Shown in pieces: positions 1-7,817 of a stretch of DNA of 16,326 bases. This DNA is from Azolla caroliniana. Taxonomy: Eukaryota; Plantae; Polypodiophyta. A program made the position numbers and the translations under genes. The notes under the pieces are model-generated. The model was not told the origin of the DNA. It searched no databases and saw only the letters and a program-made list of their open reading frames with translations. Each line of letters begins with the position of its first letter. Position 1 is the stretch's first letter. The DNA is taken from contig JBHGNT010000752.1 of assembly GCA_043228905.1 (NCBI GenBank), positions 1-16,326 of the forward strand, given 5' to 3'.

Positions 1-230
1 AGAAGTGCCCCGACTTGCAGCAATAGAAGGAAGTGGGCCTCCCCCTTGACTTTGACCGTGTCCCCAACTTTTCCCAGCTCTGGGGACTACGATTCCTTTG
101 TCTTCCATGTTCCAATTCAGTAAGGAATGCTTTGGAGTCGGAGATCGCATCCTTTTCTTTCCGACGCGCCTCCTTATCGAACAAGCTCGACTTGAGTCTT
201 GCTAGGAATAACTATTTTCCTTCCGGCCCG
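1..230 (-). pseudogene. gag: C-terminal gag fragment of Copia B
   Basis: Translates as GPEGK*LFLARLKSSLFDKEARRKEKD...RSKSRGRPTSFYCCKSGHF. It has a premature stop and a damaged zinc knuckle, and is colinear with element C at about 9820..9580. Confidence 0.9.
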
Positions 231-234
231 GCGT
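231..234. repeat. 4-bp target-site duplication GCGT of element A (second copy 7310..7313)
   Basis: Removing 235..7313 restores the minus-strand Copia gag frame LVVTLGNA-GPEGK, matching the paralogous LVVTLGNAGPKGK in element C. Confidence 0.93.
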
Positions 235-935
235 TGTCGTAGTGTATTCCACACACTACGTGAAAACCATAAAATAATATATCCGAATTTAGATACATAT
301 AAATAAATAAATAATATATCAAAAGAATTTATCACGTGCATAGGGCAGGATTCGAACCATGCACCTCCACGTAAATAAACCCCAACTTTACCATTGTAAT
401 AACTTATCTTTAGTGTTATAAATATAGATTTAATACGTATAGGACCTTTATTTACACATACCTTTATTAAAAGGTAAAAATCATGTATTCTTTAGAGTGT
501 GAATATTTTATTTACACGTGACATTAAAAGTGACTCATGCACATCTAGCGTGCACGAGCCCTATATTTAGGAAATGACAAAACATCACATGCACATTTAG
601 TGTGCATGGGCACTTTAGGTGAAAAAGCATGAAGCCATGCTTAGCCTCTTCCATCATTATATGAGGAGAAAAATATGTATATGGTTGTTGATTAATATAC
701 AAGGTGGGATCAATCTAATATACTCGTGGGATTCACGAATTTTGCCATCTAATTGCTCTTATAATCTAAATATTGTTTTAATTACACTAAACTCGTGGGA
801 TTCACGAGATTGCTATCTTACTTCTCTTTCCACTATTCATATCGAGCCTTAAGTTGTATTCCTCTTCCTCCTAGTCAAAAACCTCGGCGGTTTCCACCCG
901 ACTCACGCAACGATCCGGAGCCGAAGGGCACGACA
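235..935 (+). repeat. 5' LTR of element A (701 bp, AT-rich)
   Basis: Direct repeat of 6606..7309. Begins TGTCGT, ends ACGACA, and is followed 4 nt later by the PBS. Confidence 0.98.
321..401 (-). promoter_or_regulatory. tRNA-like Pol III internal promoter inside the LTR, antisense (copy at about 6692..6772)
   Basis: On the minus strand: A-box-like TATTACAATGGTAA (401..388), B box GGTTCGAATCC (358..348) starting 43 nt later, then TTTT at 324..321. No acceptor stem, so not a tRNA gene. Confidence 0.6.
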
Positions 936-939
936 CAGT

Positions 940-957
940 TGGTGAACCCGACGTGAA
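940..957 (+). promoter_or_regulatory. Primer-binding site complementary to the 3' end of tRNA-Trp
   Basis: TGGTGAACCCGACGTGAA is the reverse complement of TTCACGTCGGGTTCACCA, the 3' 18 nt of plant cytosolic tRNA-Trp(CCA) as recalled. It lies just downstream of the 5' LTR. Confidence 0.88.
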
Positions 958-973
958 AACGGGTGGCAAGGAG

Positions 974-3016
974 ATGGAAAATCAACAAGAGGCTAGCAAC
1001 ATGATGATGATGTTCGAGCGCATGCTACAAGAACAACGCGCGATGTCGGAGATAGCGGCCTCAGTGGAGCGGCTCGTGCAACGAAACGGGCAATTCAACG
1101 GGAAAGACGTGTCGTGGTATCTTCGGGATTACAAGGCGGAGATGCTACGGTGCGGAATATCGGAAGGACTGCAAGTGACGTCCTTCAACCGGGTGGCGAC
1201 CGACGGGCTTCAAGCAAGCATCCATGGGCTACGACAGCAAAATCCAACATGGGAGGCGTTTGAAGTAGAGCTAAAGAGGACGTTCGCCATCGAGGATTCC
1301 TCCAAGGCGACGCGAAGGGGATTCGAAGATTGGGTGGAGACGCCGGACAAGGGATTGAAGGTCGTTGATGTGTTTTCGGCATTCGAAAGCCGGTTCGGGA
1401 GGTTGTCCGCGAGAGATCAAGCTATCCTCATACCGGACAAGGTGATCATGTTCTTGCGAGCCGTGGACGTCCGGGACCTGAAAGATCTCGAAGTGCTCTT
1501 GGAGGACACGACCACGGAGAGCGGCCTCACCAAAACATGGGAAAGCGTGCGGGATATCGTCGCGCGATACACGAAGAGGGGGCAATGGCTTGCCGACGAG
1601 GAAAAGAGGGTTTCGGAACCGATTCCAAAACCGAGAACCGGATTGGAAGACCATCAACTGAGGGCTCGAGAGACTACAACCGAGAAGGGAATTGATGCAT
1701 CTACAGTGGAGCAACTATTGAAGGAGATGGAGAATCTGAAGATCGCGATGGTGAAGAAGTCGGATGACCGCCCCACAAGCTCCAAGTATACGGACCGACG
1801 GTGCATATGGTGCGATAGCGCCGAACACGATCGGAGGGATTGCGACGAGCATAAGGAGGCGCTACGGCGGGATCTCATCTACTACGAGGGAAACCGGATT
1901 CATTCGATGGACTCTCGGAAGCCACTCCGACCGAAATTCCGGAAAGGCGGCATGAAGAAGGTGCTCGAGGAGGAATTGGCGGCGAGAAGCAACTATGCGA
2001 CAACCGCGGGAATATGTGTCGGGGAGTCATCGAGATCAAAGACGTCTTTTTGGCCGGAAGTTCTAGAAAACACCGAGAAAAACGACTCCAACGAGATCCG
2101 AAGCACCGCGGAAGGCGTCCGGGAAGCTACGGGATGGGAGTGCCCTGTCGACAAGAATAGCGTATACACCCTGTGTCAATTGCATAAGGTGTATGTGGAC
2201 GAGAAACGACGACGAACGGAGGATGCGGCCGGTCCATCGAAGATACCGGAAAGCTGGAACTCCGGAGGTAAGGGAAAAGAAAAGGCGACTCCGGCATTCA
2301 AGCTCACCTCGGACATAGAACAACAAACCGACTTGAAAAGAGTGTTCGAGGAAAGAATCTTGGATAGCCGGGTAGATTTCTCGCTTCGGGAGCTACTCGG
2401 AATAGCAAAGAAGGAATTCCACGATCTTCTCGTAGATCTCGTGAAGCGAAAAAGACAAAGTACGGAGGAAAATACTCCAAGGGTGAATGCGAACACCGTT
2501 TTAATGAACGACACCGAAGTGGAGGACGAAATTCCGAACTCCCACTATACAAGGCCACATTGGGCACGCGCGACTACGGAAACTCCAGTCCGAATCGGCA
2601 ACATCAAAGAAACCGTGCTAGCATTGATTGATCACGGATCGGAGATCAACTTGATGTCCAAGGAGTTCTACCGGAAGGGGAAGTGGCCTATTAACACCAA
2701 CCATGGATGGAAGATTCGGGCAGCCACCAAAGCAACGGAAGATCTATTTGCGGCTTGTCCGGATGTGACGGTGAAGATCGGGGATGTCGAGATTGACCAA
2801 AATTTCTTCGTGCAAGATGAGGTTTCACATTCCATCATCCTCGGTCAACCCTTTATCACGACATCACGGATGGAGACGAAGGTGCTCGATAGCGGTGCGG
2901 CTTTTGCGCGAATTCGGAGCCAAAACGGTGGGAAATCCGTCCAATTCCTAACGGTGCCGGCAAATCACGAAAGGAACAAGAGGGAACTCTTGTCCCAAGT
3001 GAGAATGGATTTTTAA
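974..3016 (+). CDS. gag: Gag-protease polyprotein (ORF1) of element A
   Basis: Open frame 953..3016 with first ATG at 974. Zinc knuckle CIWCDSAEHDRRDC (CX2CX4HX4C) at 1802..1843. Aspartic protease motif ALIDHGSEINLM (DHG at 2630..2638) with a downstream IILGQPF motif. Confidence 0.93.
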   Translation: MENQQEASNMMMMFERMLQEQRAMSEIAASVERLVQRNGQFNGKDVSWYLRDYKAEMLRCGISEGLQVTSFNRVATDGLQASIHGLRQQNPTWEAFEVELKRTFAIEDSSKATRRGFEDWVETPDKGLKVVDVFSAFESRFGRLSARDQAILIPDKVIMFLRAVDVRDLKDLEVLLEDTTTESGLTKTWESVRDIVARYTKRGQWLADEEKRVSEPIPKPRTGLEDHQLRARETTTEKGIDASTVEQLLKEMENLKIAMVKKSDDRPTSSKYTDRRCIWCDSAEHDRRDCDEHKEALRRDLIYYEGNRIHSMDSRKPLRPKFRKGGMKKVLEEELAARSNYATTAGICVGESSRSKTSFWPEVLENTEKNDSNEIRSTAEGVREATGWECPVDKNSVYTLCQLHKVYVDEKRRRTEDAAGPSKIPESWNSGGKGKEKATPAFKLTSDIEQQTDLKRVFEERILDSRVDFSLRELLGIAKKEFHDLLVDLVKRKRQSTEENTPRVNANTVLMNDTEVEDEIPNSHYTRPHWARATTETPVRIGNIKETVLALIDHGSEINLMSKEFYRKGKWPINTNHGWKIRAATKATEDLFAACPDVTVKIGDVEIDQNFFVQDEVSHSIILGQPFITTSRMETKVLDSGAAFARIRSQNGGKSVQFLTVPANHERNKRELLSQVRMDF

Positions 3017-3070
3017 AGCGGACTGTTGCGGAGTGGGGAAGTGATAGTCCGAGAAGCCCTGATACCCCAC
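3007..3070 (+). promoter_or_regulatory. Predicted -1 programmed ribosomal frameshift signal (slippery heptamer plus H-type pseudoknot)
   Basis: G GAT TTT at 3007..3013 directly precedes the ORF1 stop TAA. After a 5-nt spacer, stem 1 pairs 3019..3029 with 3041..3051, and loop GTGGGG 3033..3038 complements CCCCAC 3065..3070. The -1 frame is open from 3007 into pol. Confidence 0.82.
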
Positions 3071-6000
3071 ACAGGAAGAAAACTCTCGGAGCAAAACATG
3101 TACGAATCGGTCCGGATGGGGCATCGACGTACACGACCGTAACCGGAGGATTGAAGAAAGGATACCGACAAGTGGAGGATAAGTTGCGGTCGGTATCAAT
3201 AATAAAAGAAGATGAAGAAATCGTGGGGATAGTCGAGGAAGTGTTCTATGGGAGCACGCTACAACGACTTGAAGAGCTTGCGGAAGATAAAAGCCAAGGG
3301 AACCGGGTAGTCCCGGTGGAATCGGTCGAGATGTACGAGATCATTGCGAAAATGGAGCCGGATACGCTCTGTAAAGAAGAAGCAATGGTAAGTACGAAAT
3401 ACAAGACCGTGGAGAAGAAGGTGAAACCGGCCGCGGGACCACTACCCGCCGATAGCGAACAAAAGAGGAAAGAAGTCTCAGGAGATCCGACACTTCGGAA
3501 GTCCATGGATATCGGACATGCCTTCACGGATGAGATCCGGAAGAATCTTCGGATCGGTGGAGGTGGGTTCCTATTACAGAAAGAAGAAGAACGGTTTCGC
3601 GAGATGTTGGAGCAACACGGCAAAGCGTTTGCATTTACATCAAGGGAGATAGGGTGCATCGATCCGAGAATAGTGGAGCCGATGGTGATCTTTACGATTG
3701 ACCATGTACCGTGGAATCTGAAGCCGATTCCGGTGCCACGAGCGCATATTCCAAAAGTCATTGACTTGCTCAAGGAGAAGGTGGCGATGGGGATTCTAGA
3801 GCCATCAACTGCTCCGTACTCAAATCGATGGTTTACGGTTCCGAAGAAGAATGGGTCACTCCGATTTATCCAAGACTTGCAACCGGTGAATAAGGTCACG
3901 ATCCGGAACTCGGGAGTCGGTCCGATAGTGGACGAATTTGCTGAAGCTTTTGCCGGTCGTGCGATATACTCCATCGGAGACCTATACTCGGGGTATGACC
4001 AATTCCAACTAGCCGTGGAGAGCCGAGACATCACAACCATGCGAACACCGATAGGATTAGTCCGAATGTGCACACTACCACAAGGAGCGACAAACTCGGT
4101 TGCTCATATGATGAACGCGATGAACAAGGTGCTTCGAGACTGCATTCCGGAGATAACGATGCCGTTCCTCGATGACATTCCGATGAAAGGATGCGTGGTC
4201 GAAGAAAAAGATGAGACTATGGATGATCGGGGATGCCGAAAGTTCATGGTCGACCATATTCATGCTTGCGAGAAAGTGTTGCGAAAGCTAGAAGATGTGC
4301 ACCTAACACTTTCCGGGGAGAAATCGGCATTCGGGCAAGAAGAAATATTGGTGGTCGGACATCTATGTGGGCCCTACGGCCGAAGACCGTCACCAACAAA
4401 GATCGATGCGATTCAAGCTATGGAGGAAGTATGCGAGTCAACATCCGAAGTCCGAAGGTTTCTCGGTGCATGTGCATTCTATCACATATGGATTCCGCAC
4501 TATGCACATATAGCGGACCCGCTCTACCACTTGTTGCGGAAAGGTAAGAAATTCGAATGGAAACCGGAACACACCAAAGCCATGAAGAAATTGAAGAAGA
4601 CACTTCGGAGGGCGGAAGCACTTAAGAAGCCGAGCTACGACCGACCGATCATAGTAACGGTTGATACAAGTCCAACCGGTATCGGGTGGGTCATCAATCA
4701 AGCCGACTCGGATGGTTCGCGGTATCCGATCCGATTCGGAGCAAAGGTTCTCAACGAAAGGCAACGTGGATATGCACAAGTCAAAAGAGAACTGTGGGGA
4801 GTCGTGTCGGCGATAAAATCGGATCGGGATTATTTGATCGGAGCCGAAGTGGTGATCGAGACGGATTGTCTTCCGATACTCGGGATGATGCGGTGTTGTA
4901 CGATACCAGATGTAGCTATGCTAAGGTGGGTTGCATATGTCAAGTCGCTTAATCTGGAGGTTCGACACATCTCGGGGAAGGAAAACGCGGTAGCGGATAT
5001 GTTATCAAGGGCTCGGTTCGGAGACGACATAACCGAATCGGATAATGAAGAAGTTTCCGAAGACTACTTCGCGTCGGAGCACATATGCCGAGTGAACGTA
5101 ATCCGAGAATTTCGGGAAGAAGAATATGAGGGAGAAAGTTTGATGATCGGAAAGATGTTACAAGAGGCCGAGGACTCGACAAACGATAAAGGAAGAAGAG
5201 CCGAGATCCGAAGGAAGAAGAGGCAAGTCCAAAAGTTCTTCTTGGAAAACGGATTAATATGGAGGGCGCCGAAAAGACCGGATGGTATACCACTTCGAGT
5301 AGTCGGGACAAAAGAGCAACGAAACCGGATAATGTCCGAGTTTCACGAATCCGATTGGGCTGGACACCGAGGAACATGGGCAACATTTGTGAAGATCAAG
5401 CAAAAATATTGGTGGAAGAAAATGTACAAAGATATCGCGGAGTTTACGGAAAGCTGCGAGAAATGTCAAGTCTACTCCGGGGTTCGACATCGAGATGAGT
5501 TACATCCGACATTCTCACCGACAATCAACTTCAAGTGGATGGTCGACATAGTGGCCATGCCGACCGGGATCGGACAAAAGAAATACTTGGTATTAGCTCG
5601 GGAAGATCTCACAAATCAAGTAGAAGGTCGAGCGCTTCAGAGGAAAACGTGTTCCGCGGTATGCCAATTTCTTTTGGAGGAAGTATTTTGCAGGTACGGG
5701 TGCGTAGGACAAGTGATTGCAGACCGGGGAGAACTCGACTCGGACAAAGCTAGGGGATTCTTCGCCAAACACGGAGTTCGGTTATCGCTGACAACGGCAT
5801 ACAATCCGGAGGCCAACGGGAAAATCGAACGAGGACATAGTCCGATCGTAAAAGCACTTGCGAAGGCATGCGATGGAAAGGTGAAGGACTGGCCGCAGAT
5901 GCTTCCATATGCACTATGGGCGGATCGGACGACGCATAGCTCCATAACCGGTTACATGCCGGCAGAACTCATGACCGGACAAGCACCGGTAATGCCGACG

Positions 6001-6648
6001 GAAACCGCGATCGCAACATGGACAGTGCTACCGTGGAAGGAAGAGATGAGCCAGGAAGAACTACTAGCGGTCCGGATACGACAACTAGAGGGAAGACCGG
6101 CAGACATAGCGGAAGCAATACGCCGACAACAAGAAGCACGATTAAGGAACAAAAGCCGGTTCGACACAAAGCACCGACTACGACCGAGGAGGATTGAAGA
6201 AGGAGACTGGGTGATCATCTATGACAGTAGTTTGGACCATCAACATACAACGATGCGGAAATTCGCGAAAAGGTGGTTCGGGCCATACGAGGTTCGAAAA
6301 GTCTTCGACAACGGAACGTACCGACTGTCCGAGTTGGATGGAACAATACTACGAGTGCCTATAGCCGGGAAGCGGGTGAAGATTTTCAAGAAGCGGACCG
6401 ACGACAAACCCTATGTGATCCAAGCCAAGGCCGACTACGAGGAGCAATCAGACGAAGACCACGGGGATGCAGGGAGCGAAGAACGTGAATTACAACTCAT
6501 AGTCGACATAAGGGGAGAATCGGAGGAAGCTTTGGGTGAAGACGGATATGGGGAATCGAGAACTTTGGCACATATCGGAGGATGTGCGGGTTCGGAGGGG
6601 GCGAGTGTCGTAGTGTATTCCACACACTACGTGAAAACCATAAAATAA
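3007..6648 (+). CDS. pol: Pol polyprotein (RT, RNase H, integrase) of element A, in the -1 frame relative to ORF1
   Basis: No stop from 3007 to 6648. RT motifs IGDLYSGYDQ, LPQGATNS and PFLDD (FLDD 4165..4176). RNase H motifs VTVDTS, KRELWGV, IETDC and NAVADMLSR. Integrase HHCC (HESDWAGH...CEKC), D-D-E (MVDIV, IADRG, GKIERGH) and GPY/F (RWFGPYEV). Confidence 0.96.
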   Translation, partial: GFLKRTVAEWGSDSPRSPDTPHRKKTLGAKHVRIGPDGASTYTTVTGGLKKGYRQVEDKLRSVSIIKEDEEIVGIVEEVFYGSTLQRLEELAEDKSQGNRVVPVESVEMYEIIAKMEPDTLCKEEAMVSTKYKTVEKKVKPAAGPLPADSEQKRKEVSGDPTLRKSMDIGHAFTDEIRKNLRIGGGGFLLQKEEERFREMLEQHGKAFAFTSREIGCIDPRIVEPMVIFTIDHVPWNLKPIPVPRAHIPKVIDLLKEKVAMGILEPSTAPYSNRWFTVPKKNGSLRFIQDLQPVNKVTIRNSGVGPIVDEFAEAFAGRAIYSIGDLYSGYDQFQLAVESRDITTMRTPIGLVRMCTLPQGATNSVAHMMNAMNKVLRDCIPEITMPFLDDIPMKGCVVEEKDETMDDRGCRKFMVDHIHACEKVLRKLEDVHLTLSGEKSAFGQEEILVVGHLCGPYGRRPSPTKIDAIQAMEEVCESTSEVRRFLGACAFYHIWIPHYAHIADPLYHLLRKGKKFEWKPEHTKAMKKLKKTLRRAEALKKPSYDRPIIVTVDTSPTGIGWVINQADSDGSRYPIRFGAKVLNERQRGYAQVKRELWGVVSAIKSDRDYLIGAEVVIETDCLPILGMMRCCTIPDVAMLRWVAYVKSLNLEVRHISGKENAVADMLSRARFGDDITESDNEEVSEDYFASEHICRVNVIREFREEEYEGESLMIGKMLQEAEDSTNDKGRRAEIRRKKRQVQKFFLENGLIWRAPKRPDGIPLRVVGTKEQRNRIMSEFHESDWAGHRGTWATFVKIKQKYWWKKMYKDIAEFTESCEKCQVYSGVRHRDELHPTFSPTINFKWMVDIVAMPTGIGQKKYLVLAREDLTNQVEGRALQRKTCSAVCQFLLEEVFCRYGCVGQVIADRGELDSDKARGFFAKHGVRLSLTTAYNPEANGKIERGHSPIVKALAKACDGKVKDWPQMLPYALWADRTTHSSITGYMPAELMTGQAPVMPTETAIATWTVLPWKEEMSQEELLAVRIRQLEGRPADIAEAIRRQQEARLRNKSRFDTKHRLRPRRIEEGDWVIIYDSSLDHQHTTMRKFAKRWFGPYEVRKVFDNGTYRLSELDGTILRVPIAGKRVKIFKKRTDDKPYVIQAKADYEEQSDEDHGDAGSEERELQLIVDIRGESEEALGEDGYGESRTLAHIGGCAGSEGASVVVYSTHYVKTIK
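6594..6605 (+). promoter_or_regulatory. Polypurine tract of element A
   Basis: GGAGGGGGCGAG immediately upstream of the TG of the 3' LTR. Confidence 0.88.
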
Positions 6649-7309
6649 TATATCCGAATTTAGATACATATAAATAAATAAATAATATATCAAAAGAATT
6701 TATCACGTGCATAGGGCAAGATTTGAACCATGCACCTCCACGTAGATAAACCCCAACTTTACCATTGTAATAACTTATCTTTAGTGTTATAAATATAGAT
6801 TTAATACATATAGGACCTTTATTTACACATACCTTTATTAAAAGGTAAAAATCATGTATTCTTTAGAGTGTGAATATTTTATTTACACGTGACATTAAAA
6901 GTGACTCATGCACATCTAGCGTGCACGAGCCCTATATTTAGGAAATGACAAAACATCACATGCACATTTAGTGTGCATGGGCACTTTAGGTGAAAAAGCA
7001 TGAAGCCATGCTTAGCCTCTTCCATCTTTATATAAGGAGGAGAAAAATATGTATATGGTTGTTGATTAATATACAAGGTGGGATCAATCTAATATACTCG
7101 TGGGATTCACGAATTTTGCCATCTAATTGCTCTTATAATCTAAATATTGTTTTAATTACACTAAACTCGTGGGATTCACGAGATTGCTATCTTACTTCTC
7201 TTTCCACTATTCATATCGAGCCTTAAGTTGTATTCCTCTTCCTCCTAGTCAAAAACCTCGGCGGTTTCCACCCGACTCACGCAACGATCCGGAGCCGAAG
7301 GGCACGACA
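6606..7309 (+). repeat. 3' LTR of element A (704 bp)
   Basis: By manual alignment it differs from the 5' LTR at G348/A6719, C353/T6724, A374/G6745, G437/A6808 and A656/T7027, plus an extra AAG at 7034..7036. Preceded by the PPT. Confidence 0.98.
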
Positions 7310-7803
7310 GCGTTACCCAAAGTGACGACCAACGTCTCCCAGCTATCTAAGAGGAAACCAAGCAGGAGCAGTGCTAGTACCTCATCTGCGAGAGGTACTT
7401 CCAACGATGTTGCCTGGTGAATCAGCCCCTTGAAGGCATTCATGTGCTCTGCCATGCTAGAGCCATCTTGGTACCGGAGTCTTACTAGCTTCCGAAATAT
7501 CGAAACCTGATTAACAACATTTTTGTTCTGAAACATAATACCGATCTTCGCCCAGAGCTCATGAGCCTTGCTCTCCTCATTAAAGTTGTTGTATAGGCTC
7601 ATGTCGATGAAACACCATTTGTACACCATTGTCTTCATGTGCATCACCTCCCACACTATGGCGTCAATCTTATCCGGTATCTTGTCCCCAAACTGAACCA
7701 ACAAGCAAAGATCTTTAACCACGAGCATGTCCCTCATCTTCGACTTCCACACTGAGTAGTTGGAGCCGGTGAGCTTGAACATGCCTCCTAACGATTATTC
7801 CAT
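7310..7803 (-). pseudogene. gag: N-terminal gag of Copia B
   Basis: ME*SLGGMFKLTGSNYSVWKSKMRDMLVVKDL...LLLGFLLDSWETLVVTLGNA, typical of Tork/Tto1-type gag. Stop at codon 3, and cut by element A. Confidence 0.92.
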
Positions 7804-7817
7804 CTTTTGTGTAACTC

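Larger units (their letters stand above)
235..7309 (+). mobile_element. Element A: full-length, apparently intact Ty3/Gypsy LTR retrotransposon (non-chromovirus, Phygy/Selgy-like)
   Basis: Paired LTRs 235..935 and 6606..7309 with TGTCGT...ACGACA termini. TSD GCGT at 231..234 and 7310..7313. PBS at 940..957 and PPT at 6594..6605. Domain order GAG-PR-RT-RH-INT. The clade call is inferred from the Trp PBS, 4-bp TSD and absent chromodomain. Confidence 0.97.

Noticed and set aside
230-235. 5-bp TSD for element A (GCGTT or GGCGT)
   Set aside because: GCGTT would consume the LTR's terminal T235, and GGCGT is absent on the right. Only GCGT restores the host reading frame.
335-410. A functional tRNA gene in the LTR
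   Set aside because: A and B boxes are present, but no acceptor stem or canonical anticodon arm can be formed. Reported only as a tRNA-like promoter.
619-852. 77-aa ORF in the LTR (78 aa at 6990..7226)
   Set aside because: GTG start, no recognisable domain, and duplicated only because it lies in the LTR. No equivalent ORF is listed in solo LTR D.
3151-3153. TTG start of pol given by the ORF track
   Set aside because: The frame is open upstream to the slippery site at 3007, so frameshifting explains expression better.
3246-4073. 275-aa antisense ORF
   Set aside because: Shadow of the RT coding frame in a fairly GC-rich region, with no independent motifs.
7249-7309. C-terminal extension VVPFGSGSLRESGGNR of the 177-aa ORF, echoed in ORF 9569..9898
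   Set aside because: Read-through into the reverse complement of the Gypsy LTR end, not a protein domain.
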